From: an uncultured Chloroflexia bacterium
GTDB lineage: Bacteria > Chloroflexota > Ktedonobacteria > Ktedonobacterales > Ktedonobacteraceae
DNA length: 64,000 bases
Direction: 5' to 3'
Assembly: GCA_963736995.1 (NCBI GenBank)
Contig: CAVTRB010000007.1
Span: forward strand, 623,884-687,883
The notes under the pieces are model-generated. The model did not search any database and was not told the origin of the DNA. It saw only the letters and a list, made by a program, of their open reading frames with translations. The translations under genes and the position numbers were made by a program. Below are positions 19,503-28,861 of the stretch, one piece after another; the stretch's first letter is position 1, and each line of letters begins with the position of its first letter.

Positions 19503-21077
19503 ATGAAGCCATCACCTTCCACTCCCAATCCTGACAATTCTGGAATGCCTGTTCCCTGTCGCTTCTGGGCCGAGAAGCTGGCGGCAGGCCATCCAGACGA
19601 TCTTTCACCCGTCGAGCGTATGGCGTTGGAATCCCATCTTGCGCACTGCCCATCCTGCTCGGCAGTGCGGGCCGAATACGAGGCTATCTGGCAAGAGTTG
19701 CGGCAACTGCCAGCCAGCGAGCCACGCCCAGGTTTGCCACCCGCCCTGCTCAAGCTCTGGCAAGCACAACCAGAGACAGTCATGTCGTCTGGAAACAACG
19801 GAGCGCGTGAGCTACAAACTATGCCCTCATGGCCGCTAAGGCGCAGGCGGCATGCTAACCCGCTTGTCCAGACACTGGCGGTGGTGCTGGTCATTGCCGC
19901 CGTGCTCGGCACTTTCCTGGCAATTTTTACCGTTTATCACAGTAAGTTGACCACCACCGGGGCAAACTCTGGCACTGGCTGGCACATCATCAAAAGCCCA
20001 AATCCCGGCAAGACAGATAACGGACTCAACGCAGTAGCGATTGCCGCGAGCGATGATATCTGGACGGTTGGACATTTTTCTAATAGCCCCCCTGTCTATG
20101 ATAATGGCTCAACGACTATTACCAGCAGCAGCACCTTGACCGAGCACTGGAACGGGAGTAAATGGAACGTTGTACCCGCTCAGAACCCAGGGAAGGCGCT
20201 AAATGATTTCAGTGCAGTGGCGGCTCTCTCCACCAACGATGCCTGGGCCGTTGGCTCCTTCTCAAATAGCTCTAATTCAGAACAGCAACCATTGATCGAA
20301 CACTGGAATGGTATGCAGTGGAGCATTGTTCCCGGAGCTACCAAGCCGGGTGAAAGTGCATCTCTCGTTGGCATTAGCGCCATCTCGGCCAGCAATATCT
20401 GGGCGGTAGGTAGCTCTTACAAATCACAGGCACTGATTGAGCACTGGAACGGTATCAGATGGAATATTGTTCCCACTCCGGACACCGGCTCAACGGAAGG
20501 AGCCGAACTGGATGCATTAACAGTCATCTCCGCCAACGACATCTGGGCGGTGGGCACTATCCCCAACTCCACAGTATGGCAGACATTGATTGAGCACTGG
20601 AATGGTTCTCAATGGAGTATTGTCCAATCCCCTGGCTCGGATAGAAGCGCTCTGGTTGCTGTAGCCGCTGTCTCCGGCAACGATATCTGGGCCGTTGGGA
20701 GCAACACTACTGGCAACATGAACGATAGTTTACAACAAACACTTATCGAACACTGGAATGGCTCTCAGTGGAGCATTGTACCAGGCCCAAATCTCAGTTC
20801 TGACTATGACGATTATCTATCTGGTATCGTCGTTTCGGCCAATGATGTCTGGACCATTGGCAATTCTCCCCAGCAACCGCCGCAGCAGGGGCAAATGCTG
20901 CTTGCACATTGGGATGGCAAATCATGGCACAGTATCAACGGTGCGGACCTGCATCAGGCGAACAACAACATCCTCAACGGCATCGCCCGCGACGCGCACA
21001 GTGGGGCACTCTGGGCCGTTGGCATGAACGGCTCCGGCATCTACGACGACAGCACGCTCATCGAGACGTACCCGTAG
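19503..21077 (+). CDS. Anti-sigma factor (zf-HC2) with TM segment and extracytoplasmic repeat (beta-propeller-like) domain
   Basis: HLAHCPSCSAVRAEY zinc-finger motif and a TM segment (LAVVLVIAAVLGTFLAIF). At least six ~55-aa repeats built on L(I/T)EHWNG.(Q/K)W.(I/V)VP. Confidence 0.8.
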   Translation: MKPSPSTPNPDNSGMPVPCRFWAEKLAAGHPDDLSPVERMALESHLAHCPSCSAVRAEYEAIWQELRQLPASEPRPGLPPALLKLWQAQPETVMSSGNNGARELQTMPSWPLRRRRHANPLVQTLAVVLVIAAVLGTFLAIFTVYHSKLTTTGANSGTGWHIIKSPNPGKTDNGLNAVAIAASDDIWTVGHFSNSPPVYDNGSTTITSSSTLTEHWNGSKWNVVPAQNPGKALNDFSAVAALSTNDAWAVGSFSNSSNSEQQPLIEHWNGMQWSIVPGATKPGESASLVGISAISASNIWAVGSSYKSQALIEHWNGIRWNIVPTPDTGSTEGAELDALTVISANDIWAVGTIPNSTVWQTLIEHWNGSQWSIVQSPGSDRSALVAVAAVSGNDIWAVGSNTTGNMNDSLQQTLIEHWNGSQWSIVPGPNLSSDYDDYLSGIVVSANDVWTIGNSPQQPPQQGQMLLAHWDGKSWHSINGADLHQANNNILNGIARDAHSGALWAVGMNGSGIYDDSTLIETYP

Positions 21078-21215
21078 CTCTATTCTCGACTTTATCCACC
21101 TCATCAACAGGAGAATCAGATAATTTGTCCCTTAGAATATGGAAAAAGTCACACCAACATGCTATACTTATGGTATTCAATGTCCCCCTGTTTATGGCAA
21201 AGATCGAGGTGCTCT

Positions 21216-21641
21216 ATGATGAAGCAGCACGAAGCCGCTTCTCTAAGAGAAGCGGGTGAGAGGAAAACTATTTTGATTGTTGAGGATGATCCCGATACCG
21301 GTCTCGTATTTGTCTCGGCCCTGAAGCAATATACGCTGCTTTCCCCGCTGCTTGCTCAGAGCGGTAGCGAAGCCTTGCACATGGTGCAGAAAAGAAAGCC
21401 TGATCTCTTACTGTTGGATTACCTGTTAGGGGGAATGGATGGCATTGAGCTTTCTGACCAACTCCATCGCATCAGCGGCCTCGAAGCAGTTCCAACTATT
21501 GTAATGAGCGCAGCCACGATGTCCCTTGAACGAGAAGAGCAGTTCAGAACACGCCAGATCGTCTTTCTGAGAAAACCCTTTGACCTGGACGTACTTTTTG
21601 AAACGATTGAGTCCCTGCTCACCGAGAAACAGATAGCATGA
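21216..21641 (+). CDS. Single-domain response regulator (receiver)
   Basis: ATG 21216 with GAGGTG RBS. ILIVEDDPD...PDLLLLDYLLGGMDG...VMSA...KPF. Confidence 0.8.
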   Translation: MMKQHEAASLREAGERKTILIVEDDPDTGLVFVSALKQYTLLSPLLAQSGSEALHMVQKRKPDLLLLDYLLGGMDGIELSDQLHRISGLEAVPTIVMSAATMSLEREEQFRTRQIVFLRKPFDLDVLFETIESLLTEKQIA

Positions 21642-21781
21642 TTGCTATTGAACCCCTTTTATCCAGGCTGTTCTCAGCTTTCCAGGTACTTTTGACCTGA
21701 TCGAAAACTATTTTCCCTCACGTGTCGTAATACTCTAAGGTGAACATACCGCATCCTTACAAAGGAAGCAAGGAAGCAAGC

Positions 21782-22078
21782 ATGATGGTAGATGGCTGGT
21801 TTATCAGCGTAGGACCGTGTTATTCATTGACCGAGGAACAGTCTGAGTTTATTCGCTGGAATCTCACCGTTTTGGCAGTTTCGACGCGAGGACTCTTTGA
21901 TGACCCCGTTCTCTTCACCGGTCAATCGCTGCAGGCGCACTACACCGCTGACTACCACGCGCAAGAAACCTGCGAACACATCAAAGCCTACCTCCAAACC
22001 ATCAAGCAAGACAACCACGTTACAGTAAACATCTGCCCGGCACAATGGGACCGCAGTCGCGTCGACCAACTGCTGTAA
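21782..22078 (+). CDS. Hypothetical protein (98 aa)
   Basis: ATG 21782 with AAGGAAG RBS. No recognisable motif. Confidence 0.45.
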   Translation: MMVDGWFISVGPCYSLTEEQSEFIRWNLTVLAVSTRGLFDDPVLFTGQSLQAHYTADYHAQETCEHIKAYLQTIKQDNHVTVNICPAQWDRSRVDQLL

Positions 22079-22213
22079 ACGAATTTTCTCTCCTGGCAGC
22101 ACGAGGTTCATAATTTGTTCTCTAATAAAGAAAGCGTAACGGGCATCTGGTGAATTGCCCTGCGGTTTTAATGATGGTTGATGCACATGGGAATATGTCC
22201 GTTGCAGGTATGT

Positions 22214-23434
22214 CTATCTATTATCTCGGACTACTGCTAGAAAATCTTCAAGGGCCAGAAGTTGTGATCTGATAGCAGGAACGTATTGTGTATGAAGCGA
22301 TCGGGGAACTACCAGAACGACATTGGAGTCCTGCATTTCCCTGAACTGGTTTTCGGAGATACCCTCTTGTACGGTCAGCAGGTGCTTCACTTCAATTTTA
22401 TCTGCCTCATTCAGAATCTGCCTCCATCGGTCTTTGCAGGTGGTTTTTACTGCCAGCATAAAGAGATTTTTCTCACCTTTTGCACTTCTGTGATAAACCT
22501 CGGCTGAAGGGAACAGAAAATCAGGCTTCTTGTTCAGCTCCGATACTTCTCCGTGTGAATACCTGATATCTTCTTCATCGAAGATGGCTTTCGTCTGAAA
22601 TTCAAGAGACTTCCCGGCTCTCGACTTGCGCCTGTTCGCTACGGAATTAGCAAGTTCCAGAAACTCTTCAACGGAGCTAAATCCGTTACGAATCTGAGGT
22701 AATACATATTGCTCCTCCACAGAACGAAATACATCATATTCGCAAGATTTTCTTTCCATCAGACGGTCATCAGCAGATTTGCCTCTTGCCGGTCTGAGTG
22801 AAATTGCCTTCTGGACAATCTCTGTAGCGGGGGGAAATGTAGGCAACCACGTGGGAGGAATTTCTGAAGGACTTAAAAGACATGAGGTTGGTTTCTGAGA
22901 TCTGTCGTAACTGATTCGTGGAACAATACTCGTTGCTGTATATGCGATGAATATTCTCGCCCCCGGTTCAACTGGTCCAATTCTGTTTTCAACCAGATCT
23001 TCCTGTTCTAAATCAGTACATAGCCATATCCGTACCTCATCAGCATCATGACCTCCTGTCTTATGAAAAGCCAGAATAAAAATCGAGCCAGTAGAGTCGG
23101 GATCAAGGATAGGTGAATTGTTACCTCCCCAGTTCGTAATTCTGCACTCATCCCTCGTTCCATCACTGACAATCCTATTGTTATACCAGATGGCAGACAC
23201 ATTTTCTTCAAGAAGATGAGAGTCAACACTTACTCTAAACCATTTGCGGGGATTCAATGACGTAGATTGCCTGATAGAAGGAACCAGCTCGTCGATTACT
23301 TCCTTCGGAATGTAGGGACCAGCCTGATGTGTTCGATTGAGCAAGGTATCATTACCGGAGAGTCTTTTAACATACCAGTACCATCCCCTCGATGAATATT
23401 TCTCCATCCATGTTGTCAGATCAATTACCTGCAC
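22214..23434 (-). CDS. Type IIE restriction endonuclease, EcoRII family (CCWGG-type)
   Basis: Colinear with EcoRII as I recall it. N-terminal YVKRLSGNDT...HQAGPYIPKE effector (B3-like) domain. C-terminal ANSVANRRKSRAGKSLE...KKPDFLFPSA...LAVKTTCKDRWRQILNEADKI. GTG start at 23434 (alternative ATG 23407). Confidence 0.9.
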   Translation of the reverse strand: MQVIDLTTWMEKYSSRGWYWYVKRLSGNDTLLNRTHQAGPYIPKEVIDELVPSIRQSTSLNPRKWFRVSVDSHLLEENVSAIWYNNRIVSDGTRDECRITNWGGNNSPILDPDSTGSIFILAFHKTGGHDADEVRIWLCTDLEQEDLVENRIGPVEPGARIFIAYTATSIVPRISYDRSQKPTSCLLSPSEIPPTWLPTFPPATEIVQKAISLRPARGKSADDRLMERKSCEYDVFRSVEEQYVLPQIRNGFSSVEEFLELANSVANRRKSRAGKSLEFQTKAIFDEEDIRYSHGEVSELNKKPDFLFPSAEVYHRSAKGEKNLFMLAVKTTCKDRWRQILNEADKIEVKHLLTVQEGISENQFREMQDSNVVLVVPRSLHTQYVPAIRSQLLALEDFLAVVRDNR

Positions 23435-23522
23435 TTCACTTCTCTTTTCCAGATATCATCCTTACGTGTCCCTGTAAAGCTTAGATTTCTGCTTCCCATT
23501 ATACCAGAGGAGAAGAGTGAGG

Positions 23523-24248
23523 TTAAGGTTTTTCGGCGATGTGGGTAGCATCTGTGGAGTGGAGTAACTGCTTTCGTCTGTGAAGGCAGAAATCACTCCC
23601 CAAAGGACATTCACTACAGTGAGGGGCCGGTGTACAGATCTCCATCGAGAAATCAAGAACGGCATAGTTATATTCTCTAGTATTGTTCTGCGGAGTAAAT
23701 CTATCTGCAAGTTCAATCAGCCATCTCTTTCGTCGTGTTTCTCCATCCATTGGTTGATCGACAAGGCGACAGAGCCAGCGAACAATGTTCGCATCAATGA
23801 TTACGCTTCTCCCACCTCCATGAAAACCAAGCCAGGCAGCCGCAACATATGCACCAACACCAGGCAATTCTAGCAAACCTTCTAAAGTTCGAGGGATTTC
23901 TGCGGTAGTCTGTACAAGATACTCCCCAAGTTTCTTAAGAAGTGGAGCACGCCAGCGCAAACCAAGAGGATAGATTATCTGCTCAATATCACTTTCTGAT
24001 GCCTGAGCAAGACTTTCAACAGTGGGAAAACGCTTGAGGAAAGCCTTATAAACAGGTAATACACTACTCACTCTGGTACGTTGAAGCAGGATTTCTGCTA
24101 CTAATCCATGCCATAACTGCTCTGGTGTTCGCCAGGGAAACTCTTTATAGTGTTCTTTTCCCCACTCCAGAAGTCTTTTTCTAATTTCTACAATGGAACC
24201 ATCTGTAATCGTAACTGGTAGGGCCGGGGCCGTTCCTTTTTCTGCCAT
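23523..24248 (-). CDS. HhH-GPD DNA glycosylase of the MutY/EndoIII family with Fe-S cluster Cys motif; probable T:G mismatch (deaminated 5mC) repair glycosylase
   Basis: LLQRT, HhH LPGVGAYVAAA (no catalytic Lys), IDANIVR Asp, four-Cys motif CTPAPHCSECPLGSDFC. ATG 24248 with GAAGGAA RBS, overlapping the dcm 3' end by 61 nt. Confidence 0.8.
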   Translation of the reverse strand: MAEKGTAPALPVTITDGSIVEIRKRLLEWGKEHYKEFPWRTPEQLWHGLVAEILLQRTRVSSVLPVYKAFLKRFPTVESLAQASESDIEQIIYPLGLRWRAPLLKKLGEYLVQTTAEIPRTLEGLLELPGVGAYVAAAWLGFHGGGRSVIIDANIVRWLCRLVDQPMDGETRRKRWLIELADRFTPQNNTREYNYAVLDFSMEICTPAPHCSECPLGSDFCLHRRKQLLHSTDATHIAEKP

Positions 24249-25207
24249 GTTCCTTCGATTCCAGGGAAAAGCGTTTGAACTATCTCCTGAGCTACACATT
24301 TAACTACAGGGACAACAACGGAGTTACCAAATTGTTTGTATGCTCTGGTATCACTGCAAACAATCCTGTATGTTTCAGGGTAACCCATCAATCTGGCACA
24401 CTCTCTCGGGGTAAGCCGACGAGGATTTTTATTCACTTGAGGTACAAGTATCTCTGCACCATCCTTATAATATCGTGCGCTTAAGGTTCGCGCAATACCA
24501 TCCAGATCAGTGAGACCATATCCGAAACCATTTCCTTTTGACCTGTGTTTTTCCGCATATTTTTGCAGGTAAGACCAGAGATGATCTGATAAGGTATATT
24601 TCTCATCTACCTCATCTTCAAGGATATTCCTGAATTTTGGTTTCAGGTCAGGTAGAGTAGGAAAATCGAAATCTAAGGGATCTCTGAATCCCACGATATA
24701 TATTCTTTCACGGTGCTGGGGAACGACAGTGCGGGCATCAAGAATTGCATGATAAACGTGATAACCCAGTTCATCCCTGAGGGTTCGTTCGATGACCTTG
24801 AAAGTTCTTCCCTTATCATGGTTTTTCAAGTTTTTTACATTTTCAAGAAGAAAAGCTTGCGGTCTTTTCTTCTTGATGATGCGAGCTACATCAAAGAAAA
24901 GAGTTCCCTGAGTTGCGTGCAATAAACCATGCTTGTTCCCAAGAGCATTATGCTTTGTTACACCGGCGATACTGAAAGGTTGACAGGGAAAACCGGCAGT
25001 CAGAATATCGTGATCGGGTATACTATCTTCTGAAATTTTTGTGATGTCACCCTCCGGGATGACACCAAAGTTTGCCTGATATGTCTTCTGAGCATACTTA
25101 TCCCACTCAGAAGACATAACACATTGGCCTCCACATTCTGTAAATGCAATACGGAAGCCACCGATACCTGCAAACAGATCGATAAATCTGAACTGATTCT
25201 TCTCCAT
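24188..25207 (-). CDS. dcm: DNA (cytosine-5)-methyltransferase, Dcm-like
   Basis: Motif I FRFIDLFAGIGGF, motif IV GFPCQPFS, motif VI LLENVKNL, motif X QFGNSVVVPV. ATG 25207 preferred over TTG 25294. Confidence 0.92.
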   Translation of the reverse strand: MEKNQFRFIDLFAGIGGFRIAFTECGGQCVMSSEWDKYAQKTYQANFGVIPEGDITKISEDSIPDHDILTAGFPCQPFSIAGVTKHNALGNKHGLLHATQGTLFFDVARIIKKKRPQAFLLENVKNLKNHDKGRTFKVIERTLRDELGYHVYHAILDARTVVPQHRERIYIVGFRDPLDFDFPTLPDLKPKFRNILEDEVDEKYTLSDHLWSYLQKYAEKHRSKGNGFGYGLTDLDGIARTLSARYYKDGAEILVPQVNKNPRRLTPRECARLMGYPETYRIVCSDTRAYKQFGNSVVVPVVKCVAQEIVQTLFPGIEGTWQKKERPRPYQLRLQMVPL

Positions 25208-25550
25208 AAAACAACCTACATTTTCCTGAAATAGCGGGAACACTTCTAACCGGAATTGCTGCAAAAGCGGTGAAAAGTGAGTGTTCTCCAGCAACTAAAG
25301 CCATAAGATCAGGCTTCTACTTAGGACAATCATACATTGAAAGAAGCCCTCTGACAAGATGTAAAATGCACATGGTTTCTATTCTTGAGGGGAAATATAG
25401 CCGAAAAGCCGTAATCTGGAAAATGCAAACTTGCATTTCATTACCCGTCTTTTTGTATGGCAGAAAGAATGAGTTACGTGGAGTCCAACATTGCCTGCCA
25501 CTTTACTGGTTCCTGAATGATCAGATTAGTTTGGAAGATAGAGGTATCAG

Positions 25551-26753
25551 ATGAATCTTTCAGATGTCTTTACAGCAGTCGCGTACAAGCAACTGGTACA
25601 GGTAGATTTACCAGGAGGGTCAAATCAACATGAAATAAACGGTGTTGCGGCCCTCAGAAGCTTCTTCAGAACTTCTGAAAGAATTTCAGGGAAAATTAAC
25701 TGGTACTATTTTGCTGATAATCAGGAACCACAGCATGGAACCGGTGATTTTACCTTTTACGACGCTCGTGAAAATATTGAAAACAGGACCCAATGGCGAT
25801 TTTATTATAGAGGCGATTTTCTCCGCCGTGCAGATGTAGGAGATGTGCTGCTTCTTGCAAGAATCAAAGGGCAGGAAGATATTTACGGACTTGTATTTCA
25901 GGCAAACTCTAACTGGATACGTTCAGCCCGAGCACTTATCGAACTAAGGAATCCAACTAAACAATTAAAGCTCATTTCTTCTGAAGAGTTGAGCAAGCGT
26001 GAGCTTGAGTCTATTGCATCTCTCATCCTGGATGAACTGGACATCGAGTTTCCCTTTCCGGTACGAAGTACAGACGAGGATCTGGTCGTTCAGAAGTTTG
26101 ACAAGATATTCCCGGCAACAATTGCACTATCCCGTCTGGCACGAGAGCAAGTTGAAGTTAATCTTTCTGACCCAGATGAGACACTGCTAAGATGGATTCA
26201 GCGGGAAGAAGAACTTTTCCGGGCACTGGAAAGGATTGTAGTGCAACAGAAACTGGATAGTGGATTTGAAAGCGTGGATGATTTTATCAAGTATTCCCTT
26301 TCAGTGCAAAACCGGAGAAAATCTCGCATGGGATATGCTTTCCAGAACCATATTCAGGCATTACTGGATGCTTACAGCATCAGATACACCCCTCAGGCGC
26401 GAACAGAGGGAGGTAATAAACCAGACTTTCTGTTTCCCGGTCAGAAGGAATACCGTGACCTGACTTTTAACAGCAATTATCTGACAATGCTCGCTTTAAA
26501 AGCCAGCTGTAAAGATCGATGGAGACAGGTTTTGCCTGAAGCAGACAGGATAGCTGAGAAACATCTGGCCACACTGGAACCTGGCATTTCTACAACCCAG
26601 ACGGATGAGATGAGACGGCTGAGGGTTATACCTGTACTTCCACGTAAGCTTCTTATCGAAACTTATACAGAGTCGCAACAGAAAGAGGTAATGACAGTAA
26701 GTCAGTTCCTCTCTCTTGTCCGCTCAAGACAGGATCGCGTAGACAGCCATTAG
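25551..26753 (+). CDS. EcoRII-C-domain restriction endonuclease paralog with divergent N-terminal domain
   Basis: The C-terminal half aligns by eye to the 22214..23434 product (SVQNRRKSRMGYAF...NKPDFLFPGQ...LALKASCKDRWRQVLPEADRI...HLATLEPGIS). The N-terminal ~200 aa share only a faint K.L...D.....NQHE pattern with EcoRII-N. Confidence 0.8.
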   Translation: MNLSDVFTAVAYKQLVQVDLPGGSNQHEINGVAALRSFFRTSERISGKINWYYFADNQEPQHGTGDFTFYDARENIENRTQWRFYYRGDFLRRADVGDVLLLARIKGQEDIYGLVFQANSNWIRSARALIELRNPTKQLKLISSEELSKRELESIASLILDELDIEFPFPVRSTDEDLVVQKFDKIFPATIALSRLAREQVEVNLSDPDETLLRWIQREEELFRALERIVVQQKLDSGFESVDDFIKYSLSVQNRRKSRMGYAFQNHIQALLDAYSIRYTPQARTEGGNKPDFLFPGQKEYRDLTFNSNYLTMLALKASCKDRWRQVLPEADRIAEKHLATLEPGISTTQTDEMRRLRVIPVLPRKLLIETYTESQQKEVMTVSQFLSLVRSRQDRVDSH

Positions 26754-26904
26754 CACTTATTGATGAAATCTATGATCACTTGCTCCCTGTCTGGAAATTC
26801 ATCACCAATCACTAATACTACCCACACACTTCCCTCAATACAAATGTTCCCTTCCCGAAAGGAAGCATGTCCCTTCGGGAACACTTTTATTGAGCTTGAT
26901 AGGG

Positions 26905-28548
26905 TTAGTGAGAGGTGAGGTAGACGCTGGACCAGTCGCCGAAGTAGAGGCCGTTGCTGTTGAGGGTGACGCCGTGGACCCAGGAGGGGATGATGGCGGC
27001 CATGGCCTCGTGGTCGATTGGTAGCCAGCCGACATCGGTAACGGCGATCTGCTCGGCCTGGTTGTAGAGGGTGATACGGGCATCACCGGTGATCTGCTCG
27101 GCCTGCTTGATGAGCTGGTCGAACTGGGCATTGCTCCAGTCGCCATTGTTGTTGGGCGCGTTCGTGGTCAGGTTCAGGGCCAGCCAGTCGTAGGGGTCGG
27201 GGAAGTCCGCGCCCCACTGGGTGAAACCAAATTGTATCTGGTGGTTGGCCGTTTCCTGGTTGTAGGCGTTCAACTCTACGGAATTGAGCCTGACCTGGAT
27301 GCCCAGCGCGTTCTGCCACATCTGTTGCAGGGCAGAAGCCTCGTCCAGTGTGACCTGCGAGCTGGGGTACGAGAAGATAATTGGCGGCACCTGGCTCACA
27401 TCGGGGTAAACGGAGAGCAGAAGCTGTTTGGCCTTCACTTTATCATAGGGTAAGCCTGGATAATTTGGCTGGTAGCCGGGCATACCGGGTGGAATAATCG
27501 TCGGCGCGGGCGTCACCGTATCTTTGAAGATCGCGTGTGCCAGTGTCACCTTATCGGTTGCGTAGGCAAAGGCCTGGCGCACGGCGACGTTATTGAACGG
27601 CGGCTTCGTGTTGTCGAAAAACAGCAGGTCCGATTCCAGCAGGGAATGGCGGATAAAGCCGGGCATATTCTTCGCCGTCTGTTGATCCTGCGGAGAGAGG
27701 TTCCAGACGAAGGCATACTGGCCCGCACGGTAGGCGTTGAATGCCGTGGAAGGGTCGTTCACGAAGAGCATATCGACCTCGCTCAGCCGCGTTTTCGCGC
27801 CGTAGTAGTGCGGGTTGGGAACCAACACCATTTTGACATTGTGATCCCACTCTTTGACCATAAAGGGGCCAGTGCCAATTCCATTACCGGCGGCATGATT
27901 CACCCAGTTGGTTTGACCATACTGATTAATAATCTTCTCGTTGAGCGGGTAGTAAAGCGAGTTGGTGAGCACCTCCAGGAAGTAGGGGGTTGGTTTCGTC
28001 AGCGTAATCTGCAACGTCTGGGCATCAATCGCTTTGACCCCGGCTAGCGTCTTCGTCTTTCCACTGTTGACGGCATCGGCACCTACAATATTCGCCTCAA
28101 AGAACGAGGCAATGCCCGACTTCACCACCGGCAACAATGCACGAGTTAAGGTGTAAATATAGGTTTGAGCGGTGACGGGAGCACCATCGGAGAAGGTAAT
28201 GCCGGGTTTTATGTGGAAGGTGTAGATTGTATTGTTATTAGAGATATCCCAGGTGGCCTGGTCGGGAACAACATTCAAATTTATATCAGACTTGACAAGA
28301 CCGCTGTAGATCATGCTGACCGCAACCGCCGAGTTGGCATCCGGCCCTAAGGCTGGATCGAGACCACCGATATCGGTCGTGCCAACATTGGGGAAGGTCA
28401 GCACCTGCTTGGATGCCGGTGTGGAAGAGCCATTCGCGTTGGAAGAACTGCTGCCGCCACTACACGCGGCAAGCACGAGCAGCAGGGCGGCCAGAAATAG
28501 GAATGCGGTCGGCCAGCGTCGCAGATGGATGGACCATTGATGATACAC
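26905..28548 (-). CDS. ABC transporter substrate-binding lipoprotein, family 5 (peptide/nickel)
   Basis: Lipobox LVLAACSGG. 547 aa with typical SBP_bac_5 layout (LVKSD..., GTGPFMVKEW). Confidence 0.85.
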   Translation of the reverse strand: MYHQWSIHLRRWPTAFLFLAALLLVLAACSGGSSSSNANGSSTPASKQVLTFPNVGTTDIGGLDPALGPDANSAVAVSMIYSGLVKSDINLNVVPDQATWDISNNNTIYTFHIKPGITFSDGAPVTAQTYIYTLTRALLPVVKSGIASFFEANIVGADAVNSGKTKTLAGVKAIDAQTLQITLTKPTPYFLEVLTNSLYYPLNEKIINQYGQTNWVNHAAGNGIGTGPFMVKEWDHNVKMVLVPNPHYYGAKTRLSEVDMLFVNDPSTAFNAYRAGQYAFVWNLSPQDQQTAKNMPGFIRHSLLESDLLFFDNTKPPFNNVAVRQAFAYATDKVTLAHAIFKDTVTPAPTIIPPGMPGYQPNYPGLPYDKVKAKQLLLSVYPDVSQVPPIIFSYPSSQVTLDEASALQQMWQNALGIQVRLNSVELNAYNQETANHQIQFGFTQWGADFPDPYDWLALNLTTNAPNNNGDWSNAQFDQLIKQAEQITGDARITLYNQAEQIAVTDVGWLPIDHEAMAAIIPSWVHGVTLNSNGLYFGDWSSVYLTSH

Positions 28549-28861
28549 AAAGGGCCTCGCTTTCTGAAGCTATGGGAGATAACCACAGGGTATTCCTCCC
28601 TGCAAACGCATTGTACTACTTTTCCAGAAGCGTAGGCAAGAATTCTTGACTGTGCTCATGTCATTCTTCGCTCCACTTTGGATACTATGAGAACGCCCAT
28701 TCACATGATATGACATGCAGGACGGGGTGGATGCCCTGTCGTTTTGGATGGAATAGCAGACCACATTGACTTGCAAAATGGCATAGACAAACGGTAGGTT
28801 CAAACCGTATAATGAAGGTAAGATTTATAGCACTGTTCAACGGCGAGCAGGAGGAGTTTGT

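Larger units (their letters stand above)
21650..26830. other. GC-poor accessory island carrying a CCWGG-type restriction-modification module
   Basis: Hand counts of sample 60-nt lines give roughly 37-45% GC inside (e.g. 22561-22620, 24841-24900). The flanks are about 60% or more (e.g. 27001-27060). No integrase or transposase seen. Confidence 0.6.

Noticed and set aside
25270-25554. 94-aa ORF in the dcm / second-nuclease divergent intergenic region.
   Set aside because: It overlaps the likely dcm 5' region and the promoter space. It has no RBS and no motif, so it is more plausibly regulatory DNA. A small C-protein cannot be excluded, but no HTH is evident.
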